Assembly (NCBI GenBank): GCA_963514005.1
Contig: OY740796.1
Location: forward strand, 18,786,001 to 18,850,000
Length of the DNA: 64,000 nucleotides
Source of the DNA: Raja brachyura
Lineage: Eukaryota
Reading direction: 5' to 3'
The position numbers and the translations under genes were made by a program. Under the pieces are notes generated by a model, which searched no databases, was not told the DNA's origin, and was given only the letters and a program-made list of their open reading frames with translations. Numbering within the stretch: the first letter of the stretch is position 1; every line of letters begins with the position of its first letter. Of the stretch, positions 1-10,908 are shown one piece after another.

Positions 1-3000
1 ACAAATTTCTTTTAGTGTGTAGGACTGTATGGAAAATAGGCTCAGAGAAAGTGATTTTTATTACAGGTTCATAGAAGATGATTTTTATTAAGTTATTTGT
101 TTTATTATGTTTTCAATAATTTAAAGAGTTCTTAGTTTGTAGTCATTTTGATGATGTAAACAGGCTAGGCGAGTTATGCAAATAAATCAAACAGCAATGA
201 GATAAGTGGTCACGATTCATTTAATTTATGAAAATAAAGGGATGGATATTGGCAAAGGCTAGTTTCATAAACTTATATCTTCTGAAAGAACAGATATGGC
301 TCCAGTTTAATATCTCGACCACATTGCCTAACATTACAGCAGTATCTCAACATTGCGCTGAATCACGTTCAAGTACCTGCAGTGGAGGTTAAATCCAGAG
401 CCTGCTGACTTTCCATTAAGAATGATACTATCGAGCCAAAACCATAACTGTATCCAAAGACACCCTGAAGCTGAGCCCTTCCATATGTTTTAATTTGGAT
501 TATTCCATCCATTTATAGATAGATCACTGATATTAAAAACACAAGCAGGGGACCATTGGTTTACAAGTAGTTGTTGATATTGCAAAATTACCTCTGCATT
601 AACATTGTCACCTCAGACAAGGAGGAAGAATTGTTCTAGTTTGTAATGTAAGTACGAAGCATGCTCCACAAGATCAGTTTCCTGGAGACTCATTTCAGTT
701 CTTCATCACTAAATCTGTATAATCACTGATGCAAAACTTTTGATTTCCTGTTTTTGTGCTTGTACTCATTGTATCCAAATTATTATATTCCATTCACGTG
801 GTTTCCAATGTTTATTGATCGATGTTAGCACCATCCTCCCATAATGGAAAGCCTGGAGGGATTTCACTCTGTACAGCTCCCTTTAAACTGAACAAATGTC
901 ATTATGTTGTTAGATGATCAGATCCTTGAATTTTCTAAGCACGAGTTTCTGCCATTTCATCTTTCTGATGCCCATTTTATACCTAAGGTGGGGGGTGGGG
1001 ACAAGATTAAGATTCAACACTGCTAGCTATTTAGGAGTGATAATTTTGAAAGTTGATAAGTAGTCAACAAATGTTCGGAAATATTGGAAGCATTTGTTCA
1101 TGACTTTATTCATCTGAATGTGATATGGTTGCATTCAGGGAATTCTCTCTTCTCTCGGCTATAATAACTCTTCAAATTGGGGTTATAATAAGCAAGAAAC
1201 TGTGCTGGAGTTTCGACGAAGACTTTTTTACTTGAAGGTATATTTCTCCAGACCACGTTTTCCTGTAAGTAAACAGCATAATAGAAAAACAAGTTCCGCT
1301 ATAATCAGAATTTTTCTTAGTTATGTCAAAGTCAATTTTATTCGTCACATGCACCCGAAGGTGCAGTGAAAAGAATTTGCCAGCAGCGATGGCAAATTAT
1401 AGGGTAAAAATGTGCAAATGGGATATTTATATGTCTTGATATCCAGAGTATAACAGTTTCTTATATTACATGCTTTTCTTACCTTAGTACATTTGCAATA
1501 GTAACCCTAGAAGGAAAGACAAGGAGGCACAAAGAACTTGAGCAAAACACAAAGTGCTGGAGTAACTCAGTGGATCAGGCAACATCTCGGGAGGGAATGG
1601 ATTAGCAACGTTTTGGGTCGGGACACTTCGTCAGGCTGCCAAGGAATGTGTATGGAGACAGAAATGAAAGATAAGCTGGTTATACAAAAGAGAGCAAGAA
1701 TTATATAGAAAGACATACCAGGGAGGAAGGGATAGTGATGGATATAAAGAGAGAGATAATTCTGTTTCTGCAATTCTGGCTTCTTGAAAATATCCAATTT
1801 CTGTCATTTGTTGTCCGAATAAGTTACAAGGTCCTACGTACATTTCAATGGTACCTACCTCACCTTCCTCCTTAAAACTGTATTATTTGGTCATCTGCTT
1901 TAATATCCACATAAATGGCTAATTCAAATGTGTTTGCTAATACAAATGAAAATTGAGGGGAAATGTGACAGGTATATATAAAATGAGGTAGGGATTGGAC
2001 AGAGTGGATAGTAGGAGGCTGCTCCCATCATTGGAAAGGTTGGGATGTAGAGGTCAGTGGAAATAAAGGGAAAGATAATTAGAATGGGAGAGACATCACC
2101 CTGGAGGGGTTTCAAACAAGGATACGAACTGCAAAATCACAATATGCTCAATGCTCGAAGGGCCTCCTCCTGCACCTATTTTCTATGTTTAAGTGGAAGC
2201 CAATGTACATTAGCGATTACCAGAATAATCGATGAATGCAACTTTGTAAAAATTAAGACACAGTCTGACAGTTTTGAATTGCAAAAAATTGCAGCGGATA
2301 AAGTCAGGGATAAGGTTTCAGTATCTGATGACTCATGGAAAGAGCAAGTTATGTTTTAGAGGTGGAAAGAAGTGGTATCATATGTAAGTTGTCAGAAATG
2401 CATCTTGTGTCAGATATGATGGTGTTGGCAAAAGCATGTTTCAGCTTCAGACATTTGTCATAAAGAGAAATAGTGTCAGTGCTTAGGCAAAGACTGAAGA
2501 TAATGACTTCAGTATTCCCAATTTTAATTGGAATGGATTACTGCTCAACCAATATTAGAAATCCAACAAGAATTTTTGACATTTCCACAATCTGTTCTGC
2601 AATCATTCTGCAAAATTTCCTTTCAAATATATAATCCAATCCTATAAAAAGGTTACAATTGTAGTGATTTCCACTAATCTTTCTGGTGGAGCATTAAAAT
2701 CAAAATAAATGGATGTGCAAAACAAATTGTCTTCCTCTCCCACAGCTCTCAAGCAAATTACTGTAAACCCATTTTCTTTGGTTTCCAAATTTCCTCCCAG
2801 TAAGAATCATACCCTTTTCAATGGAAACATTCGTAGCAAGTTCTTCCTTGAAAAATGAAATGTTTTTTTTATTTGCAGTTTCTTCACAAGTGCAAAATTG
2901 TTCTGTTTGAAGGTGAATGAGTCCTGGTTATGTGCTCTTCTCTAGTCACTTCATTGGGTGAAGAGCTGAAGACCTTCAGTTGAAGTTCATCTGTAACTAT

Positions 3001-3597
3001 CCAATGCACTCTGCAGGCACTGATATCAGTGACACACTTACCTGCACATCCATTCAAATCCCCAACCCATCCTCAGTCTTCAGAATTAGCATTTTAGACA
3101 GACCAACTCAAGCAATATATATATATGTGATTTTTTTAAAGAAAGGATGAATGGAGTATATGCCAGTCTTTCAGTAAAAAGGCACTGGCATATTATATTT
3201 AGTTGCACTGAAACAAAGTAAAAATATTTTAAAAGATCTATACACAGTATAATTCCTAAAAAGTCTAAATGCTGATATAACATTGCATTAATTTTATTGT
3301 GCATGGCCAGTAAGTGCTTATTGGCGATGCTACAAAATATGGCATGTTGGACTGAGATCCAGCAAAATTGGCAATGAAGGACTTTAACAACATCATGTAA
3401 AGATTTCAAGAAATTCTAGCTCACTAGCATTTTAGAAATGCTTTTCATCATTTCAGACCAAGGGAGTAATTGTCTATAAAGTCCTTTTAAGTGTGGTCAC
3501 TTTAGTAATGTAGAGTGTAACAGCCAATTTGTGCACAACACGTTTGTAGAACTGGCCACGTAATTCCCATTCCCGGGATCATGGTCGTCTTAAAAAA

Positions 3598-5020
3598 GGG
3601 GTGGCATAGTGGTGCAGCTGGTAGAGCTGTTGCCTCAAAGTGCCAGGGAACTGTGTATGATCCTAAACTTTAATGCTGTTTGTGTGGAGTTCTCCCTGTA
3701 ACTGAGTGGATTTCCTCTGGGTGCTCCAGTTTCATAAGTTCATAAATCATAAGTAGGCCATTTGGCCCATTGAGTCTACTCTACCATTCTATCATTATTG
3801 ATCTATCTTTCCTCTCAATCCCATTCTCCTGCCTTCTCCCCATAACCTAGGTATGTTACAAAACTTACCTTTAGCGGTGCTGCAGTTCTGTCACTGGCTG
3901 TGTGCGCGACTTTGGCGCCTTTAAGGGGGGGGGGCGGGGTTAAAATGCGTTTTTTTCACCTTGCCATCCGGAGCTTTATTTTGTCGGAGTGCGATCTATT
4001 TCTGGAGATGCGTTCTGACTGCCAGTAAGTTAATTTTTTAAAATAAATAGCCCGACTATTTCAGCGCTGGAGTAAAATAAAAATTAGCTCCTAATGCCGT
4101 GAACGCCGACAACGGTGATGGATTTTACGTAGGGGACAGGTAAATGAAAGCTGTTTATTTTTACATACAAACCTGCTTTTTTTAGATGACCTTAATCAAC
4201 ATTTCATGTTGCGAAACGGTGATTTAGTCCCCATACGAACCGGCAGAATTTTTCCTGCCGACATGGAGTTTAAATTCACCGCAACCGCAACGTTCTAATC
4301 CATCGCGTTCCATTAATTTATGGGCATTAAACACTAAATTCCTTCAATTTGGACTATAAATTAATCACAATTAAATTAAAAAATCATGTTATATTGTGAA
4401 TTATTGTGTGAATGTTAATTGGACACTTAGGCTTTAATTAAAAAAAAAAAATTCTTAAGAAATGGATAGATGTTTAGATTTAGTAATTGAATTTTGTAAT
4501 TAGCTACAATTGGGTAACTCACTAATTATATGCTTTAATTTCAGGTCATCCAAGTAAGATTGTTTCATATTTGTTTCAGAATACTTCAATGTCTAATAAC
4601 TGAAATTTTCTTTCAGTTCTCTTAATTTTTAAGAAAGTTATGGGCTTTTGACTGTCCCCGATCACAACTTTTGTGTTAAGTCAATAGAAAAGCAATAGGA
4701 AACAAGTTGCTAATTTCCGAGTATGAAAATGGCCATAACTTTTTTAATACTGAAGATATGAAAGTGAATTAGGTGTCAAATTGAACTTCTTTTTATGCTT
4801 TATCTGATGGGATAAATTGCAGACTTGATTTTTAAAACCTCAAAATTTTGTAACATTGCTACATAACCCATGACACCTCTACACCCCAAAGGGTTAATTG
4901 ACCTCAGTACGTAGGGAGTAGATGCGAAAGTGGGATAACATGGAACTAGTGTGAATGGGTGCTTGATGGTCAGCATGGTCTTGGTGGGCTGAAAAGTCAC
5001 GTTTCCATGCTGTATCTTTC
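3598..5020 (+). mobile_element. tRNA-derived V-SINE (HE1-like), interrupted by nested insertions at about 3735-4885
   Basis: tRNA-like head GGCATAGTGGTGCAGCTGGTAGAGC, then V-domain-like GTGTGGAGTTCTCCC...TTTCCTCTGGGTGCTCCAGTTTC. The tail resumes at about 4890 and ends with LINE-like GGTGGGCTGAA...TTTCCATGCTGTATCT. Confidence 0.75.
3848..4861. mobile_element. Non-autonomous TIR DNA transposon (hAT-like, 7-bp TSD) inserted in a CR1 3' fragment
   Basis: Left end TAGGTATGTTACAAAA; right end reverse complement TAGCAATGTTACAAAA. Exact direct repeat CATAACC at 3841-3847 and 4862-4868. No long ORF. Confidence 0.8.
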
Positions 5021-5365
5021 AATCCATCGCTCAATTAATTAATTTAAGGATTCTTCAAAAATTATCTTTATGGAAACTAGAAGGAATTCTGGATAAAATG
5101 TAAAAGCAAGATGTGATGGGTTTTACCTAGAAATTGGACTAGTTTCAGGTTAGTCTTTAAATGCTGACTCACTTCCCTGTGGCCAGTCAGAGCAGCAATG
5201 AGGCAGCATCTTCCAGTTCCTCACACTGGTTCCTATCACTGCACGGATCCACTGTGTTAAACGCCATGAGGATTTCTGTAATGGATCTTTACCCACATTC
5301 GTGTGTAATTTTTTTTTGTAACTCATTTTGGGCCTTAGCACACATATAGTCCAATTTCCAGACAT

Positions 5366-5930
5366 TTGTCCACGTTGTCCGTGGCGATGACAGCGCGCCG
5401 CCGCCGTTACTCACCCGGCTGCCGCTGCCGCTGCCTCCTCCTCTCAGGCGAGTTGGCAGCTCGAGCGCCGGCGGCTCACACGCGCCCTGCCCTGCCCTGC
5501 CCGCGCCCCGCGCGCTCCCTTCCATTTGACGGCGGGCACGCGCGGGCCGGGCAAACTGCCGCCGGCGCCTCCCAGTGCGCCTGCGCGGACGTTTCCCGCC
5601 CCTCTGCCAACGGCCGGGTGATTGGAGAGTGAACGAGGGAGACAGTGCGCAGGCGCGGGGGAGCGGGCGGGAAAAGCCTGACATCGGCGGCAGCCGCCAT
5701 CGACCAGAGGACGAGTCCGAGTCCGAGTTCGTGTCCGCGTCTGAGCGGTAAAGCAAGCCCTCAGTTTCCCCAACTCTTCCAGCCGTCCGAGCTTAAACCG
5801 AAGCGAAGCATAAGTGAACCGAAGTGACTCAACGGGTCGGGCAGCATCTGTGGAGGGAGATGAACAGGCGACGTTCCGGGTCTTCAGACACCTTCAACTG
5901 ACAAGCAAACGGGCTCAGGGCGCCGCATTG
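5366..5930. promoter_or_regulatory. CpG island, candidate bidirectional promoter
   Basis: Sharp rise in GC and CpG. NRF1-like GCGCCTGCGC at 5577-5586 and its reverse complement at 5647-5656; E2F-like TTTCCCGCC at 5592-5600 and GGCGGGAAA at 5666-5674; ATTGG at 5621-5625. Outward-facing donor-like sites on both strands. Confidence 0.7.
5415..5560 (-). other. Putative first exon of an unidentified minus-strand transcript
   Basis: Consensus donor CGG|GTGAGT (plus-strand ACTCAC at 5409-5414) at the edge of the CpG island. The 5' boundary is a guess. Confidence 0.55.
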
Positions 5931-5999
5931 ATGGCAGCCTCTGCTTACAGTCTTGTCTGTTTTTCTGTCTTTTTTTTTCCTCCGCAGTTTTAAAAGTTT

Positions 6000-6725
6000 G
6001 TAGATTTCTTTAGCTTTTCTATGTGGGGGAGGGGGGTAGGGTAAGGGGGAAACCGTTTCCCAAACACTTCCTGGCGAGGACGCGACTATTCTCCGAGTCA
6101 CCGCCTCGCCCCCGCCCTCCTCGCGGCCTACCACCTGGATTGGAGTGACCTTTCCTGCCAGGGACCCGAACCAGAGCTTCAGCAGCGGCGGTGCAGCGCT
6201 AGATGCATCGTGGAGCGGGCGATTGCTTACCTGGATCGCCGTGAAGCTCCGGAGTGTTGGGCCTGCTGCTCCAACATCGGAGTTGTGGTTTGTAGAGCTT
6301 CCAGCGTGGCCGGCGCTGACTTCAACATCGCAGAATCCTGGGACATTTTGCCGAGGGCTGCCGGCGTTGAATCTCCGCCCAGCGCGGCCTGTGGATTTTG
6401 GGAGGCTTGGATTCCGGTAGGAGGTGGCCGATTCGGATGTCCTCCAGTCCTGACGTCGGACTTCCATCAACCCGGCGAGGGGGCCTGAACATCAGGCCGC
6501 CCGTAGCGGCAACAGCAGGGGGTTCGGGAGCCCCCCGACCATGGGAAGACAACAGAGGAGGATGACTGAATTTTGTAGCCTTCCCTCACAGTGGGAAACT
6601 TTGATCCCGCTGTGTGGGGATGTCTGTTAAAGACTATCGTGTTCTGTGCTCTTTATTATTCTTATGGCTGTATGGCGACCGCACATTTCACTGTACCAAT
6701 TGGTACATGTGACAAATAAATGTAT
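6000..6725 (+). repeat. GC-rich interspersed repeat with a LINE-like (Rex/L2-type) 3' tail
   Basis: Ends in TTTCACTGTACCAATTGGTACATGTGACAAATAAA, resembling the tails at about 18060-18095 and 33970-34005; recurring AACATCGG/AACATCGC motifs. Confidence 0.45.
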
Positions 6726-6927
6726 CTTGCATCAAGGCCCAGGGACGGGCCTGGGGCCTCAACTGAACCGTTCAATGTGGATGATTCACTCCGATTTATT
6801 CTTCACGGACGGTGCCCGACCCGTTGTTTGTTTGCATCAACGCAAAATCTTTCACCTGAAAACTCGGGGATGGCAAAGCATGAGGGGGAGAGGGAAGGGA
6901 AGGGGAGGGGAGATGTCCCAGGACATC

Positions 6928-7300
6928 TATTATATTGTGGAGCAGAGCACAGATTTACTTATAATAGTGTGGATGGGAAGCACAGATTCTATGTTGTTGT
7001 GGAGTGGGGCACAGGTTTCATTATTGTGGAGGGGGAGCACATATTTCATTATTGTGGAGGAAAGCATATAGTGGAATGGAGAGCACAGTTATTACAGTGT
7101 GGAGGTGGAGCATGTATTTCATTGTTAAATTGTGAAGGGAAGCACAGATTTCATTGTTAAATAGTGAGGGGAAGCACATACATCATTATTGTGTGCTGGA
7201 GAGCACAAATTTCATTATTGTGTGCTGGAGAGCACAAATTTCATTATTGTGTGCTGGAGAGCACAAATTTCATTACAGTGTGGAGGGGGCTGTACAGATT
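6928..7300. repeat. About 29-bp minisatellite, roughly 12-13 degenerate copies
   Basis: Unit GAGCACAAATTTCATTATTGTGTGCTGGA is exact at 7201-7258, with diverged copies from about 6930. Confidence 0.9.
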
Positions 7301-7599
7301 TCGTGTGGAGTAACCTGTTTCGCCTGTGTAATGAGGAGGCATGAATTTGAGGGGCCTGTTCATGGCTGTGGAGAGCATTTTCTTTGGGGCAAATATGTGT
7401 AAATAGGTCTGAGGTACAGATCGCACCCGGATTATGACAGGTTCCATTCCTGAGAACTGATCATACCCCGAACTGTTCGCAAGGCAAATATTTGGTCAAA
7501 TTACCCCAAAGTCCAACCAAGGGCAAGGTGTAGTTAAACTAGGGCGCTTAATTCGACCATTCAAATGTCTCCATTAGTACAATTCCTTGATATTCATCC

Positions 7600-7792
7600 C
7601 CTTTGAATTCTCGCTTTAACACCCTACACTTATCTCTGTGTCTCCCTCTCCCCGACTCTCAGTCTGAAGAAGGGTCTCAACCCGAAACATCACCCATTCC
7701 TTCTATTCAGAGATGCTGCCTGCTGCTGCAGAGTTACTCCAGCATTTTGTCCTTTCTCCGGTGTAAACCAGCATTTGCAGTTCCTTCCTACA
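7600..7792 (+). mobile_element. Penelope-like element 3' end/pLTR-derived repeat with hammerhead-like core
   Basis: CTGAAGAAGGGTCTCAACCCGAAACATCACCC...GATGCTGCCTG...GAGTTACTCCAGC. The same family occurs at about 1540-1635, 11210-11610, 20330-20535, 22578-22700, 29820-29905, 37380-37500, 37880-38105, 46020-46430, 57480-57575, 58045-58150 and 63850-63950. Confidence 0.65.
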
Positions 7793-8727
7793 GTTACATC
7801 TTTAATTTGGGTCTCTAGTGTGAGGCATGTGAGCGATGTGGTCAGCCTAATTTAGTCAATTCAAGGTAACAAGAGTCAATGCTAGGGATATTAGCCTGCA
7901 ATAGACTGTTGATTCACTTATCTTTTCAATAAATGTGCATATTTTGGAGAAATAACATGAATGGTGATTTTCCATTGCTTTGGCCCATTGTCCAGGTCTT
8001 AGAAGGATTTATATCCTTATTAAATCATGGCATGAAATGAATAAACTTGTCAAGATAAACAATTCTGATGAGGACCGATATTGAGCTGTGGTGATGTGAA
8101 AATGGGAGAAAATCCATTTGTAAATTTAATGTAGAACTTATCGACTTTTTGTTGAAATTGTCTTTAAATGAAGCCTCTAAATGAGTGACTTTCACTATAA
8201 CCTTAATACATTAGAAAATATGTTTATAAATTGAGGTACCACTTTTGTTGTAAGTGTTCCTTTTATCTTTAAAAGATAAATAGGCAAAGCAGCACAGTGA
8301 GACCACAGGGCATTTCAAAACCTTCCTCTTGTCCACAAAGTGGGAATACATTTCTGGGGATTAGAAACATATATCGAAATATCTAAGCAACAGGGAGATT
8401 CTTATCATTAGCTAAATGGTTATACTGTTAAATATGTTAGTGGTTTTCGTTTGAAGTGTATATAGTGTGGCAAAAACATAGGACATAGGTTTTTTTAAAC
8501 AATGCTTATAGATGCAGAATTTTTAATATATAAACTTTTCAACATTTTAATGTGAATTGTGGTCTACATCTTTTGTTTAGAGCCATGATGTTTTGCAGTG
8601 GCGGATCAGAGTAATACAAATTTCCAAAGATTTTTGCTGATTTGAAGTATTGCACACGTGGTTTCATTTCCTGGACGATACATATCTACGTTTCAGATTT
8701 GAATCTCAGGCCACACTTGCAAAGAAG

Positions 8728-8952
8728 ATGGCAGAAGCCAGACTGACATTTTATAACTTGACAACAGAACTCCTCAATGGAGAAATCTTCAATTTTTCCG
8801 ATCTCAAAGGAAAGGTGGTGTTAATTGAAAATGTTGCATCCCTATGAGGGACAACTACCAGGGATTACCAGCAGATGAATGAGCTCCAGAGCCGCTATGG
8901 CAGCCAGGGGTTTGTGGTTCTGGGTTTTCCCTGCAATCAGTTTGGTTACCAG
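8728..8952 (+). CDS. GPX1: Glutathione peroxidase (GPX1/2 family selenoprotein), coding exon 1 with Sec codon TGA at 8845-8847
   Basis: [75 protein letters not shown]; phase-0 donor CAG|GTAAAT. The GPX1 name rests partly on linkage to USP4; it could be a GPX1/2 paralogue. Confidence 0.93.
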
Positions 8953-9671
8953 GTAAATGTGACATTAAAAAAAACCCATCATCTTTGTCTCACTTACTTT
9001 AGTTGACTTGTTTCCTAGTGAAAATTTCAAGCTGTTTTATATAAACTTATTTATTACAGCAACACTGGTAAATTTAATTACATTGTATTAAATTAAATAT
9101 TTAAGCCAGATTTCATTTTAAGGAATTTATCATAAATATCCTTATAGCTCCCAAATTTGTAATTCTAATTCTTAATTGTAGACATTCAAAATTCTTCGTT
9201 GTCATACAGGTCTTCCTCAGTTTATAAACACCCAACCTATATACGGCTTATACATTTGAGCAAGTACTTGGGAGACTGGCGGGGTAGATTTGCCAGCTGC
9301 TGTGGGACTTCAGGCATCTTCTAGCGTGTGGGAACTTGGTTTGTGACTGGATTTCCAGCATGTCAACCATTTAGCTTATGAAAAGTTCTCGGGAATGGAA
9401 ATCTGCGGAGAACCTGTATGACGAAATCTCTGCTCACTTCAACATAGGCAATTTAGGAACTGGTTAAGCTTACGTAAAAATGACCTCTTAAAGTAACTCA
9501 CAATGCCATGATGAGTTCTATTTTTAAACACATGAAGGTATGCTTCTCATAAATGGTTCTCTATCCATGTGGATTGAATCTGGTTCTCTATCCACAAGTG
9601 CTGCCTAATCTGCAGCACAATTGCAGTTTTGTTCCACGGAGATTATTTGGGAAAAATAGTTATTATTGAGA

Positions 9672-9952
9672 TTAGTTTAGAGATACAGTCTGGAACCAGG
9701 CGCTTGGGCCCACTCAGTCTGCGCTGACCAGCGATCCCCGCATACTAACACACTAAGGACAATTTACAATTTCACCCAGCCAATTAGCCTACAAACCTGT
9801 ACGTCATTGGAGTGTGAGAGGAAACTGGCGCTCCCGGAGAAAACCCACGTGGATCACGGGGAGTATGTACAAACTCCGCAAGACATCACCCGTAGTTAGG
9901 ATCACACCTGGGCTTCTGGCAGTCTAAGGCAGCAACGGTATTGCCGCCCTTA
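9672..9952 (-). mobile_element. V-SINE (HE1-like) in the GPX intron
   Basis: Reverse complement of the V domain (GAGGAAACTGGCGCTCCCGGAGAAAACCCACG) and a tRNA-like head near 9950. Confidence 0.75.
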
Positions 9953-10159
9953 CTATAGTTATTTTTGAAAATGTATCTGAATCCAAAACTAAATTTACAC
10001 CGTTCAGATAAATCTTCACTTGTGGAAAACATTAGCAGTGAAAGTGTTGGCTTAGTTCCATTTTGCGAAAAAATACCTATAAGATTCCATGACATGCATA
10101 TGTGGCTTGCATAAAATTATATTCCTTGTACTTGACCTTGCTTTATATTGATTTTGTAG

Positions 10160-10552
10160 GAAAATATCTACAATGAGGAGATTCTTAATTCTTTGAAATA
10201 TGTCCGTCCAGGCAATGGCTTTGAGCCCAATTTTTCTATATCTAAAAAGATGGAGGTCAATGGAGAAGATGAAAATCCAATCTTTACTTTTCTGAAACAG
10301 AGGTTGCCTGAAGCCCATGATGATCCTAAAACCTTAATGGTGGATCCCAAGTTCATAATCTGGAGGCCAGTCCATCGAAGCGATATAGGCTGGAATTTTG
10401 AGAAATTCCTTATTGGACGGGATGGTGAGCCATTCAGGCGATACAGCAAGAATTTCCTCACTATTGATGTTGACGAAGACATCAGAGCTCTTTTACAAAG
10501 TAATGAAAGACCATCTGATAAAGCCATTGAAGAAGAAATTGAAGTTGAGTAA
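10160..10552 (+). CDS. GPX1: Glutathione peroxidase, coding exon 2 (protein 205 aa in total)
   Basis: Acceptor TTTTGTAG|[28 protein letters not shown]...[22 protein letters not shown]...TAA. Catalytic Gln, Trp and Asn motifs intact. Confidence 0.95.
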   Translation, partial: ENIYNEEILNSLKYVRPGNGFEPNFSISKKMEVNGEDENPIFTFLKQRLPEAHDDPKTLMVDPKFIIWRPVHRSDIGWNFEKFLIGRDGEPFRRYSKNFLTIDVDEDIRALLQSNERPSDKAIEEEIEVE

Positions 10553-10789
10553 CGTTTACAGTAGTTTTCAATGTTGAGCATGTTATGTTATGCTTTGTAT
10601 AAAGATTAGCCACAGGTATATAAATGTAAAATTCAATAATCACCACCTTTATGGATAATTGCATTTATAGTGCTAATCCAATTGGTCTGTTTGCTGTTTA
10701 GATTTTTTTTTTGTAAATGTTAAATGCATAAAAAGTTTCCTCAGTGAGATCCTGATTTCTCTGCTAAATGAGCCAATCCAGTTTCAGAT

Positions 10790-10867
10790 GTTAGACATTT
10801 TACTATATGATGGTGCTTTTTCAAAGGTCTGCTGAAAAGTACTTAATGTAGCCTGTAAAAGTCTAAC
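10790..10867 (+). promoter_or_regulatory. SECIS-like stem-loop in the GPX 3' UTR (non-canonical 3' core)
   Basis: ATGA at 10807-10810; helix GGTGCTTTTT (10812-10821) pairs with GAAAAGTACT (10834-10843); apical AAA at 10823-10825; lower helices CTAT/GTAG, TTTTAC/GTAAAA and GTTAGAC/GTCTAAC. The 3' core is TAAT at 10844-10847. Confidence 0.75.
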
Positions 10868-10902
10868 TGGATATTGAAGGCAACTTGTAAGGAGAATCTT
10901 CC

Positions 10903-10908
10903 ATTAAA
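10903..10908 (+). terminator. Candidate GPX polyadenylation signal
   Basis: ATTAAA 36 nt after the SECIS hairpin, followed by a T-rich tract near 10935-10950. Confidence 0.5.

Noticed and set aside
1-5400. RHOA or TCTA coding exons expected from mammalian synteny
   Set aside because: I saw no GTPase-like or TCTA-like peptide in any frame, so the minus-strand transcript is left unnamed.
5289-6552. Long overlapping ORFs (155 aa, 213 aa and others) in the GC-rich region
   Set aside because: Expected from stop-codon scarcity in GC-rich or repeat DNA; no recognisable domain.
6928-7300. CRISPR-like array of ~29-bp palindromic repeats
   Set aside because: The units are contiguous with no unique spacers, there are no cas genes, and the context is vertebrate.
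8650-8847. GPX pseudogene with a premature stop
   Set aside because: The TGA is exactly at the Sec position and the downstream frame and splice sites are intact. The only caveat is the SECIS core.
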